NCBI GenBank assembly: GCA_949373095.1
Contig: CASIBY010000001.1
Span: 1,467-65,466 of the forward strand
Direction of reading: 5' to 3'
DNA length: 64,000 nucleotides
DNA from: Candidatus Poseidoniaceae archaeon
GTDB taxonomy: Archaea; Thermoplasmatota; Poseidoniia; Poseidoniales; Poseidoniaceae
This document shows positions 54,521 through 63,122 of this stretch, one piece after another; the stretch's first letter is position 1; every line of letters starts with the position of its first letter. The notes below the pieces were generated by a model. That model did no database searches. It saw only the letters and a list, made by a program, of their open reading frames with translations, and was not told the origin of the DNA. The position numbers and the translations under genes were made by a program.

Positions 54521-55516
54521 TCAAGAGGTAAACAATCGGGCTTTGACCTTTCGAAGGTTGAGTCTAGCACCAAGGAGAATTTTACGCCAGAGTGAGAGTC
54601 GGACAGGTTGGCTGAAGACATCACCGGAGCGTCGGACAATCTCGTTGAGAATGGATTGGTAAGCGTCGGACATGATTTGAGGCTGGACGCGGGCACGTGC
54701 GCCCAGGTATCCAAACAGATGGTTGGCGGATTCACGATGGCGTTTAATCATCTCAACATATTCAATGATGAATCCTTTCCATGAGGGCGATTTGGCGACA
54801 TTAGGTCGCTGCAAGTCATCAATTGAGATGCCATGAGATGCAAGAATTTCCAGAGGGAGATAGATTCGCCCACGCTCAATATCCTCATTGATATCTCGTA
54901 ATACATTGATCAACTGCATTTGAATTCCAAGGTCTACTGCGTGGAGTTGGGCTGCTCTGTCTTCATAGCCATATATTTCAATCAAAATGAGGCCAACGGC
55001 AGAGGCAACCTTGTAACAGTAGGAGCGGAGTTCATCCCAAGTTTTGTTTTGAACGGGGTAAAGGTCGTCTTCCATTCCTTCAAGGACGGTTTCAAAGTCA
55101 TGAATCTTGATTGGAAATCTTCCGAATACATCTTGCAAGGCAATGAAAATTGGATGGTCACTTGACGTGATTTTGTTTTCTTTGGCTTTGTTGATTTTTA
55201 TTCGTATGTCGACGAGGGCCATTAGGCGTCGGCGATGTTCATCATCGGGGAGAGTCGGCACTTTTCCATCATGGATTTCGCTAATGATGCGTTGACGTGC
55301 CTCAGTCGCTTCTCGCAGGGAGTTTGTTTCCAGAATTGAAGGTTCTTCATCTCCGTCAACGATGTCATCAACCCACCGGCAGAGTGCGTAGACTGCATGT
55401 ACTGCTCTTCTCTTGTCGTACTGGAGAGCCGAAAATGACGAGAAGAAGGTGGTGGACGCTTCGCGGCATGCGGCTTCGCAATAGCCGTACGCATTGTCAA
55501 CCAGCAACTGCTTCAT
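54521..55516 (-). CDS. crtB: Phytoene synthase (squalene/phytoene synthase family)
   Basis: The motifs YCEAACREASTTFFSSF, YALCRWVDDIVDG (first DxxxD region) and LINVLRDINEDIERGRIYLP (second Asp-rich region) are present. Confidence 0.9.
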   Translation of the reverse strand: MKQLLVDNAYGYCEAACREASTTFFSSFSALQYDKRRAVHAVYALCRWVDDIVDGDEEPSILETNSLREATEARQRIISEIHDGKVPTLPDDEHRRRLMALVDIRIKINKAKENKITSSDHPIFIALQDVFGRFPIKIHDFETVLEGMEDDLYPVQNKTWDELRSYCYKVASAVGLILIEIYGYEDRAAQLHAVDLGIQMQLINVLRDINEDIERGRIYLPLEILASHGISIDDLQRPNVAKSPSWKGFIIEYVEMIKRHRESANHLFGYLGARARVQPQIMSDAYQSILNEIVRRSGDVFSQPVRLSLWRKILLGARLNLRKVKARLFTS

Positions 55517-55525
55517 GATGATCCC

Positions 55526-57139
55526 TCAAGCGCTTGTTGGTGTTCCAGGAACGTTTTCCTTTCGCTTTTGTTTGAGAGCATTTCGCCCTTGCTTTGAGCG
55601 CTTTCGGCTCTCAAACCACGTGTCAACGCCGTTCCAGTCCGGGATAATTCCAAGACTGTCGAGAAGCAATTTACTGCTGATTCGGGCTGACTCGTAGATG
55701 ACTGGTAGTCCGCTTCCGGGGTGTGTTCCTCCACCGACGAGGTACAAATTAGCGATTTCGTCAAACTTGTTCTTTGGTCGGCGCCATAGCATTTGGTCAA
55801 GTCCGTGAGCCAAGTTGAAAACAGCTCCACGGTAACAGTGGTCGCCCCAATCTTCAGGGGTAATGACAAGTTCGGTTTGGATATGTTCACGAATGTTTTC
55901 AAAACCGAGTTTAGCTTCTATTTGGTCAATGATTCGGTCACGATATGCGTCCTTTTCATCTTCCCAGTTGATGTTTTCGTGAATATGAGATACCGGGACA
56001 AGAGCGTAAATGGTTGAACATCCCTCCGGAGCAAGACCAGGGTCGGTTACACACGCATTTTGAACATAGACTGATGGGTCATCCCATGTGATCCTGTGAT
56101 GGTTTTCGATATCATCAAGATTTGATTCGTAGTTTTCCGAGGCGTAAATTTGGTGATGTGGAAGGTCGTCAAACGTCTTGTTGACTCCAATATAGAGCAT
56201 GAAGGTTGAGCAAGAGTACTTTTTCTTGTCCAATTTTTTGTTGTTCCACTTCTTTCTTGACTTGTCTGGGAACAACTGGGTCATTCCGTTGGCGAAGTCG
56301 GCGTTCATGATGACTCGGTCAGCAAGGAAGTCACCTTCTTTTGTGGTAACGCCTTTGATGGCTTTTCCATCCATGATCACTTTCTCAACTTCTTCTTCCA
56401 TGCGGAAGGTTACGCCAAGGTCACGTGCGATGCCAGCCATGCGTTCGCTGACGCTACCGAGTCCGCCCATTGGGTGAAAGATACCGTATTCGTACTCGAG
56501 GTAGGCAAGCATGGTGAAGAGGCTAGGGCAGTTGAAAGGAGACATTCCAAGGTATTTGGTTTGGAACGACATAGCGAGCATGAGTCGGTCGTCGTCAAAG
56601 AGTTTCATCAAATCGCCAGCTACACTTCGCTGTGGGCGAAGTACACTTGCGACGCGAAACGCTCTCTTTGAAAGAAGGTCTGTTGGACCGTACCATGGCT
56701 CTTGGAGACATGCTTTTGACTTGTTGAGTTTGTTGCTATTGTCCTCAACGTACCGCTTGAATGCTTCCGCATTACTGTCTCCAGAGAGAGTTCGTATTCG
56801 TTCTGTCATTTCAGTAAGGTCACTTGTGCAATCCAATTGACCGCCTTGTCCAAAGATGAGACGGTAGTTCATGTCGAGTTTGTTCAATTTGAGTTCCTCG
56901 TGCGCATCCATTCCGATGGCCTTGAAAATGTCTTCAATGACCTCAGGATAGTGGAAAAATGTCGGGCCGAGGTCGAATTTGTATCCGTCTCGCTCAAACA
57001 CCTTATTCCGGCCACCAACAGTCTTTGAACGCTCAAAAACGGTAACATCTACGCCGGATTTAGCAAGCAATAGGGATGATGCAAGACCTCCAGGTCCTGC
57101 TCCGATGATAGCCACCTTCGGTCGTGCGCTTGTGCTCAT
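55526..57139 (-). CDS. crtI: Phytoene desaturase (FAD-dependent, CrtI family)
   Basis: VAIIGAGPGGLASSLLLAKSGVDVTVFERSKTVGGR...FDLGPT is the N-terminal FAD fold. The C-terminal signature is LYLVGGGTHPGSGLP. Confidence 0.9.
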   Translation of the reverse strand: MSTSARPKVAIIGAGPGGLASSLLLAKSGVDVTVFERSKTVGGRNKVFERDGYKFDLGPTFFHYPEVIEDIFKAIGMDAHEELKLNKLDMNYRLIFGQGGQLDCTSDLTEMTERIRTLSGDSNAEAFKRYVEDNSNKLNKSKACLQEPWYGPTDLLSKRAFRVASVLRPQRSVAGDLMKLFDDDRLMLAMSFQTKYLGMSPFNCPSLFTMLAYLEYEYGIFHPMGGLGSVSERMAGIARDLGVTFRMEEEVEKVIMDGKAIKGVTTKEGDFLADRVIMNADFANGMTQLFPDKSRKKWNNKKLDKKKYSCSTFMLYIGVNKTFDDLPHHQIYASENYESNLDDIENHHRITWDDPSVYVQNACVTDPGLAPEGCSTIYALVPVSHIHENINWEDEKDAYRDRIIDQIEAKLGFENIREHIQTELVITPEDWGDHCYRGAVFNLAHGLDQMLWRRPKNKFDEIANLYLVGGGTHPGSGLPVIYESARISSKLLLDSLGIIPDWNGVDTWFESRKRSKQGRNALKQKRKENVPGTPTSA

Positions 57140-57230
57140 AATTTATGTGGACTCGGTTGGGCATATAAAGGCAGGTTTTTCGCCGCAAATTTTTGAGGCA
57201 AAAAAATATCATTATCTGTGGCCAAAGAGG

Positions 57231-58460
57231 TCACTTGATGATTGAATGGGGGTCGATTAAAACTGAGAATTCATCGAGATATGGGCCCATGGAGCTGATA
57301 AGGTCAACTTCAGGGTGCCCTTTGAGTACCATTCCGTCCATGTACATGAGGGAACGGATAATTGGAAATGCTTCTTCGCCGAAGGAGCAACCGGCCAGTA
57401 CCGAAGCCTTGACCGTCTTCATCATCTGTTCAGTAAGGGACACTTCACTTACCGAAGTTCCAACAAACCCATCGTAGAGTTCGTTCATGGAGTCATAGTA
57501 TGTCTGAAGGGTTTTCCCTGTGGGTTGTACATCCGCCATAGTAAGCATTGCATCGTAAGCATGGCTCAATTCGCCCTTTGCAAGGAAGTAGAAGAACCCA
57601 AACAACGCATTGCGAACATGGTCAGGAGCGTTACATATGGCCCCTGTATCAATAAAAATGAAGTTGCCTTTGTCGTCCATCATCGCATTTCCAGGGTGAA
57701 GGTCACCGTGGAATGTGCCGATTCCGAACATAAATGCTCCGTGAATACGGAACAGTGCAAGCATGTCGGGCCAACTGAGTGTTCCTTCTTCCAGATGTTG
57801 TTCAAGAGTCGGATGAATAATTTCTTCCATGACTAATACGTGACGGTTTGAGAGTTCGTCCCACATTTTCGGGAATTGAAGTTTGGGCATGGAGAAGTTT
57901 TTCTCGATTTCACTTGCCTTTGAAATCAAATCATTCCTGCCAGAAATTTCGTTTGTGAGGTCCAATTCACGAAGAGTATAGTCCTCAATGTGGGCCAATA
58001 GACCGATTGGGTTCCCGACCTTCCTTAGTTTGCGGCGGAAGAAGAGGCCGATAGTGATCCACCGCTTCATCCGTCGGACATCGCGCTTGAATGAAGCTTC
58101 AAAATCTGCTTTGATAATCTTGACAACAACCTTCGTGTCATCGTTAAGAACGCCACGATGTATTTGTCCAATGCTTGCAGCCGCAAAGGGTTCCTCATCC
58201 AGTGATTTGAAATTATCCAAGAATCCGTCGGGAGCAAAGCGCTGGATTAGATTTTGGGAATCTTCTGTTGGTATAGTCGCTCCTCTGCTGTACAATTGTT
58301 GGAGTTCAATGCATCGGTCTGGGTCAATAAGGTCTGGTCTAAGGGCAAAGATTTGCCCGAGTTTGACCGCCAGCAATCCCATGGATTGAATGGCGTCAAC
58401 ATCAATTGGTTTTTTGCCCTTTAATTGCCTAAAGAACCTGAGGAACGTCAAGAGTTTCAT
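57231..58460 (-). CDS. ABC1/UbiB-family atypical protein kinase
   Basis: LLAVKLGQIFALRPDLI is the ABC1 signature. AAASIGQIHRG and FHGDLHPGN are kinase-like catalytic motifs. Confidence 0.85.
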   Translation of the reverse strand: MKLLTFLRFFRQLKGKKPIDVDAIQSMGLLAVKLGQIFALRPDLIDPDRCIELQQLYSRGATIPTEDSQNLIQRFAPDGFLDNFKSLDEEPFAAASIGQIHRGVLNDDTKVVVKIIKADFEASFKRDVRRMKRWITIGLFFRRKLRKVGNPIGLLAHIEDYTLRELDLTNEISGRNDLISKASEIEKNFSMPKLQFPKMWDELSNRHVLVMEEIIHPTLEQHLEEGTLSWPDMLALFRIHGAFMFGIGTFHGDLHPGNAMMDDKGNFIFIDTGAICNAPDHVRNALFGFFYFLAKGELSHAYDAMLTMADVQPTGKTLQTYYDSMNELYDGFVGTSVSEVSLTEQMMKTVKASVLAGCSFGEEAFPIIRSLMYMDGMVLKGHPEVDLISSMGPYLDEFSVLIDPHSIIK

Positions 58461-58477
58461 GGGCGTTCACCTTCAGT

Positions 58478-59878
58478 TTATTCAAGTAATTCAACGGATT
58501 TCAATTCATGACGATGAATGAGGTAGTGCCAGAGGTTATCGGGGGTTCCCTTTCCTTCAACACGTTGGATGACAACATTAGCGTCCTTGGTAAACCGAGT
58601 GGAGAGGGCTCCTTCGATGATTCCATCGTCCATCTCCCACATCGGGAGTGCATCTGGATCTGACACTGGCGGATGATTAAGACCGACAATGACATGGAAC
58701 TGAGGGTCGACATCGTATTCTAGCATGCCCAATCCGGCATGCTCCCACCAATCCATCATCTCGTCAAGAAATTCGATATCATTTTCTATGGAGCGTAGTG
58801 AAAAGGCGATTTCACGCCCGACACGGTTTCCAATTTGGCGTAGCATTCGGCCCAAATCAATTCCCAACACCTTGAGGTTGGAAAGTTTTCCTTCTGTGAG
58901 TCGCTTTCGTGCTTCGTTGACTTCCTGGCCAGCGGCAAAGAAGGCATCTGGGTCAAACGGAGTGTCCTCTTCAGGGAATTCTCCATCAAATCCAAGAGCA
59001 ACTGAGACGTTCTTAAGGAACGAACCTTCGCCAATAGTCAAACGTAGAGGGTCGTTAATTTGATTCTCAGTAAATCGGGCCCGAGCGGTTTCTAGAGGTA
59101 CAGCTGCCTCCCATATTGCATCAATAAGGTGAAGATGTGCTTGCGAGAACGGAGACGACTCAATGATGAGTGCTGCGTCTTCTTTTCCACGGCCAACTGG
59201 ATTGTCTTCAATGTTCAGATATTGAATAACTTCGGACTGGTCCTGCACGAAGCCGAGGGAATCCAATTCGTCAGAGTGGCGTACGTCAATACTAGAGTTA
59301 AGTTGGTCAAAGAATCGTAGTGTGCGGCCATCGAGATGCGTTATGATTTGAACAACCACGCCACGAACAGCTGCAGTGTTCACAGCTTCCAAGGCGTCGG
59401 GGTTACGGCAAAGGTGGAGAATACCAAATTGACCAAGGAGGAGAATCAATCGCTCTTCAGATTCATTTGCCATCTTTTGCAGTCTATTATAGATGTGAGT
59501 TCGTTCTTTGAGTACAGCAAACCGTGGGTCATCGATGTCCCGTCGTTGTTTCTCGTAGGATGCATCAGTCTCAGTAATTCCCTGGGATAGGTCTTCAAAG
59601 CCACCTACCAATCGGTCAAGTTGTTGCTTTCGGGATTGAATGATGTGCTCCATGGCTTCGTTAACACGCAGGCTAGAGAAGAGCATAGGGCGATCAGCGG
59701 TAGCCGTGACAATGCCCATTTCTTGCAGTCGAGAGAGGCTGTTGTATGCGTCCAGTCGTGTAGTGTTGAGTTCCTTTGCGAGTTCGGAGGCTTTCATTCT
59801 GGGGCGAGAACCGAGAATAAGTATAGAGCGGACTTCACGTTCGTTAAGTCCCGCTTCGAGGAGGAGTTCTTCCCACAT
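58478..59878 (-). CDS. TrmB-like winged-helix transcriptional regulator with a large C-terminal sensor region
   Basis: The N-terminal GLNEREVRSILILGSRPRMKASELAKELNTTRLDAYNSLSRLQEMGIV fits the TrmB HTH. The start was placed at the ATG at 59878, directly abutting the stop of the upstream gene. Confidence 0.65.
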   Translation of the reverse strand: MWEELLLEAGLNEREVRSILILGSRPRMKASELAKELNTTRLDAYNSLSRLQEMGIVTATADRPMLFSSLRVNEAMEHIIQSRKQQLDRLVGGFEDLSQGITETDASYEKQRRDIDDPRFAVLKERTHIYNRLQKMANESEERLILLLGQFGILHLCRNPDALEAVNTAAVRGVVVQIITHLDGRTLRFFDQLNSSIDVRHSDELDSLGFVQDQSEVIQYLNIEDNPVGRGKEDAALIIESSPFSQAHLHLIDAIWEAAVPLETARARFTENQINDPLRLTIGEGSFLKNVSVALGFDGEFPEEDTPFDPDAFFAAGQEVNEARKRLTEGKLSNLKVLGIDLGRMLRQIGNRVGREIAFSLRSIENDIEFLDEMMDWWEHAGLGMLEYDVDPQFHVIVGLNHPPVSDPDALPMWEMDDGIIEGALSTRFTKDANVVIQRVEGKGTPDNLWHYLIHRHELKSVELLE

Positions 59879-59879
59879 C

Positions 59880-60347
59880 TCAGTTGCCTCCACTGACCTT
59901 TGAAATGTCTCCAAGAATCTTAGCAACGTGGCGGCGGGGCCTGAACAGCCAATCGTAGACATAGTGAATGGTGTTATCAGGCCCGATCAGGAACGATGAC
60001 TTGGCAGGGAATTGGCCGAGATGCATTGGTACATTGTACATCGTCCCCACGACTCTTTCAGGATCTGCCAGTAAGGGGAAGGGTAGGTCGCCGAGTTCGA
60101 GTTTGAACGATGCTTGCTCTTCAACAGTGCCTGGACCAATACCAACGATTGAACATCCAGCGGACTGGAACAAGTCGTGTTGTTGTTTGAACGTGAGACA
60201 CCCTCTTTTACAGGTGGGTGAATTGTGTCTTGAGTAGAAAAAGACGACGCGCCATGTCCCGTTGAGGGAGGCGCTATCAAAAAGTTCCCCAGTGTCCGTT
60301 TCAAGTTTAAACTGGGGTGCAGGTTGGCCAACGAGATTTATTTTCAT
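59880..60347 (-). CDS. bcp: Thioredoxin-fold peroxiredoxin (Bcp/PrxQ, AhpC-TSA family)
   Basis: GQPAPQFKLETDTGE...VVFFYSRHNSPTCKRGC has the peroxidatic Cys in the PxxxTxxC context. A later LLADP segment is also present. Confidence 0.75.
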   Translation of the reverse strand: MKINLVGQPAPQFKLETDTGELFDSASLNGTWRVVFFYSRHNSPTCKRGCLTFKQQHDLFQSAGCSIVGIGPGTVEEQASFKLELGDLPFPLLADPERVVGTMYNVPMHLGQFPAKSSFLIGPDNTIHYVYDWLFRPRRHVAKILGDISKVSGGN

Positions 60348-60356
60348 GAGAATTCC

Positions 60357-60968
60357 TCAGACCGGTAGGATGTGGCCCATTCGAGCCGCCTTGGTGAGCA
60401 GGTATGAACGATTCTGTGCGCAATGCCCTACAATGATCGGCACCCGAGACTTGACTTCGATGCCGTGGTCCATCAGTTGGGTTTTCTTATCGGGGTTGTT
60501 TGTTATCAATTCTACCGAAGTAACGCCCATGGAATAAAGCATCTCCGCAGCGAAATCGTAGCTTCGGCCATCGGCAGGTAGGCCGAGCGCCAAATTTGCA
60601 TCAAGTGTATCATATCCAACATCTTGTAAAGCATAGGCTTGCATTTTTGCGTAGAGGCCAATTCCTCTTCCTTCCTGGCGTAGGTAGACGATCGCTCCGC
60701 TTCCAGATTCCTGAACTGCCTTCATTGAGGCTTGAAGTTGTGGGCCACAGTCACACCGTAGCGACCCAAAAGCGTCGCCCGTCAAACACTCGGAGTGCAT
60801 GCGTACGAGAGGAGTTCCCTTGGATATGTCTCCCACATACAATATGGAATGTTCCTTACCGTCGCTGGGGTCCCTGAATGCGCGAATTCTGAACTCACCG
60901 TGTTCAGTGGGTAGGACAGCGTCCGCATCTGGTTGTGTGTCTAATGGCTGTACGTTGGTTCCGAGCAT
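60357..60968 (-). CDS. ribA: GTP cyclohydrolase II (riboflavin biosynthesis)
   Basis: VRMHSECLTGDAFGSLRCDCGPQL is the zinc-binding signature, followed by YLRQEGRGIGL, AYALQD.GYDT and LITNNP.K. The ORF extends to 61121, but the AT-rich stretch 60969-61065 looks intergenic. Alternative starts are 60986 and 61067. Confidence 0.85.
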   Translation of the reverse strand: MLGTNVQPLDTQPDADAVLPTEHGEFRIRAFRDPSDGKEHSILYVGDISKGTPLVRMHSECLTGDAFGSLRCDCGPQLQASMKAVQESGSGAIVYLRQEGRGIGLYAKMQAYALQDVGYDTLDANLALGLPADGRSYDFAAEMLYSMGVTSVELITNNPDKKTQLMDHGIEVKSRVPIIVGHCAQNRSYLLTKAARMGHILPV

Positions 60969-61065
60969 GATAAAAAAATTCTTCATTTTTCCATATAAAC
61001 CCCTGTTCATATCCGCCCAAGGGTCTAAACGGTTCTTGATATACTGAGTGATAAGATTTGGACTC
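60969..61065. promoter_or_regulatory. AT-rich divergent promoter region between ribA (-) and the NUDIX-photolyase operon (+)
   Basis: The sequence ataaaaaaattcttcatttttccatataaac...ttgatatactgag contains several TATA-like boxes. Its composition differs from the flanking coding sequence. Confidence 0.35.
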
Positions 61066-61569
61066 ATGGGGCGGTTAATGTGTGACTTAGGAGTCGCAGC
61101 GAGAGTTGTCCATGACAACAAAATTTTGTTGGTTCAAGAAGCAAGAGGTAGGTATTCGGGATGCTGGGGGCTTCCCAAAGGACATGTTGAAACGGGTGAA
61201 AGTCCTGAACAAGCTGTTCTGAGGGAACTTGTTGAAGAAACCGAACTCGAAGGAGTCGTCCTGGGACTTGCAGCTGTTCGCACAGCACTCAAGCGTGACG
61301 ACCCTGCGGTGTTCTTGTGCTATGATGTGTCTGGCAATACAACTACGATCATCGACAAGTCTGACGAAATCTCAGCCGCTGGCTGGTACTCTCTTACTGA
61401 ACTAAATCAACTCAATTGGGTCTCTGAGACCATGCAACAACTCGCTATCGACGGCTTGAGTCAACGAAAAACGATGGAAGCAACCAACGGCCTGACCTTG
61501 CGGAACACTCCTTATGCAGTATACCGGTCAAACCGAAATCTCAGTGCTAACACGGGGGTCACTCTATGA
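61066..61569 (+). CDS. NUDIX hydrolase
   Basis: The Nudix box GHVETGESPEQAVLRELVEETELE (Gx5Ex7REUxEExGU) is present. The ORF opens at GTG 61048, and ATGs occur at 61066 and 61078. Confidence 0.85.
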   Translation: MGRLMCDLGVAARVVHDNKILLVQEARGRYSGCWGLPKGHVETGESPEQAVLRELVEETELEGVVLGLAAVRTALKRDDPAVFLCYDVSGNTTTIIDKSDEISAAGWYSLTELNQLNWVSETMQQLAIDGLSQRKTMEATNGLTLRNTPYAVYRSNRNLSANTGVTL

Positions 61570-63110
61570 TTCCTCCAGGCAGACTCAACGTCCATGGAGC
61601 GTTAAACACAAACGGAAGTTTTGTCGTTTATTGGATGACATCAGCCCGTCGCGCACACTGGAACCATGCACTCGAACATGCAGTCGACTTGGCGAATCAG
61701 CACCAACAACCCCTTGTTGTGATAGAATGCCTTGCTCTCAACCATCGGTGGGCAAACGACCGTATCTCTACATTTGTCCTCCAGGGTATGATTGACAATA
61801 GGGCTGCTTTCGCCCAAACAGGAGTCACTTACATTCCATATGTTGAAACACGCCCCAAAGAAGCCTCAGGACTTCTCGAAGTTTGGCTGAAACAAGCAAC
61901 TGCATGCGTCATAGATGATTTCCCAACGTACTACCCGCGACATGTACTTGAAACGGCCCTTCAATTCAACACATGCGAACTTCACGTCGTTGACTCGAAT
62001 GGATTCATGGCCATGCGAGCCCAAGGCCGTGATTTCACCACAGCATATTCGCTTCGCCGTCACCTCCACAAAACTATTCTTGAACACATGTATGAATTCC
62101 CACTAGCCAACCCGCTGGACAATGCTCGTGACCTCCCTATGATCGATGCAACCCTCATAGAGGACATATTTGCCAAAAGCAACACTCCGCTCACTCCTTA
62201 CGAATACCTGTGGCGGGTTGCAGAGGGAGGAGATGTCGGGAAAAGTGCTCTATCAACCCTCAAAATAGACCATACCGTTCCTCCTGTTCTAACCAAAAAA
62301 GGTGGAAGTGTTGAAGCACGCCGACGATGGAAGACATTCCTCAGAGAGCGTCTTGTCAACTATAACGAGATGCGCAACCAACCACAGGAAAACGGTGCGA
62401 GCGGAATTTCGCCATGGCTTCATTTTGGCCATATCGGTGTTCATCAAATTATCAACGAAATTTTCACCGCATACAGATGGGATGTCTCGATGGTCACTCC
62501 GCCTAATGACGGACGACGAAACGGCTGGTGGGGGCTTCCAGAACCCGTTGAGGCGTTCCTTGACCAAATTATCACGTGGAGAGACATTGGATTCATTCAT
62601 TGTGCAATGATACCGAATCACACAGAATTCTCCTCTCTCCCTCAATGGGCCCAAACCACGCTTGCAGAACATGCAAACGACGAGCGTCCTTACGTTTACA
62701 CACTTGAACAATTTGAAGAAGCGAAAACTCACGACCCGCTCTGGAATGCAGCCCAGCAACAACTGAGGCAAGAGGGTATCATCCACAACTATCTGCGAAT
62801 GCTTTGGGGCAAAAAGATACTGGAATGGTCTCCCGACCCCCAAACCGCAATGAAATGGATGATCGCTCTCAACGATAGATGGGCCCTCGACGGCCGTGAC
62901 CCAAACTCATACACCGGTATCGGATGGGTGTTGGGCAAGTTTGACCGCGGCTGGACTGAGCGTGATGTCTTCGGAAAAATCCGTTGCATGACCAGCGCCT
63001 CAACCATGCGTAAATTCAAAACCAAGGCCTACATCGAAAAATACAGTCAAGGCAACACTCAACAAACTGTCCTGGGTTCAGGCCCCTCTCTTTACACCGC
63101 TCACCAATGA
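61566..63110 (+). CDS. phr: Deoxyribodipyrimidine (CPD) photolyase, class II
   Basis: FVVYWMTSARRAHWNHAL is the class II N-terminus. The C-terminal FAD-binding region reads THDPLWNAAQQQL...GIIHNYLRMLWGKKILEW...LNDRWALDGRDPNSYTG. Its start overlaps the NUDIX stop (ATGA). Confidence 0.9.
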   Translation: MIPPGRLNVHGALNTNGSFVVYWMTSARRAHWNHALEHAVDLANQHQQPLVVIECLALNHRWANDRISTFVLQGMIDNRAAFAQTGVTYIPYVETRPKEASGLLEVWLKQATACVIDDFPTYYPRHVLETALQFNTCELHVVDSNGFMAMRAQGRDFTTAYSLRRHLHKTILEHMYEFPLANPLDNARDLPMIDATLIEDIFAKSNTPLTPYEYLWRVAEGGDVGKSALSTLKIDHTVPPVLTKKGGSVEARRRWKTFLRERLVNYNEMRNQPQENGASGISPWLHFGHIGVHQIINEIFTAYRWDVSMVTPPNDGRRNGWWGLPEPVEAFLDQIITWRDIGFIHCAMIPNHTEFSSLPQWAQTTLAEHANDERPYVYTLEQFEEAKTHDPLWNAAQQQLRQEGIIHNYLRMLWGKKILEWSPDPQTAMKWMIALNDRWALDGRDPNSYTGIGWVLGKFDRGWTERDVFGKIRCMTSASTMRKFKTKAYIEKYSQGNTQQTVLGSGPSLYTAHQ

Positions 63111-63122
63111 GGACGATCCCAA

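Noticed and set aside
55513-55902. A 129-aa minus-strand ORF overlapping the 3' part of crtI and running 4 nt into the 5' end of crtB
   Set aside because: It is out of frame with crtI, whose C-terminal FAD signature (LVGGGTHPGSGLP) is encoded in this same stretch. It is a shadow ORF.
57315-57836. A 173-aa plus-strand ORF antisense to the ABC1/UbiB kinase gene
   Set aside because: The kinase motifs (FHGDLHPGN and others) are on the minus strand across this region. The antisense translation has no motifs.
62289-62843. A 184-aa minus-strand ORF antisense to the photolyase gene
   Set aside because: The most conserved FAD-binding region of the photolyase is encoded on the plus strand here. The antisense product is featureless.
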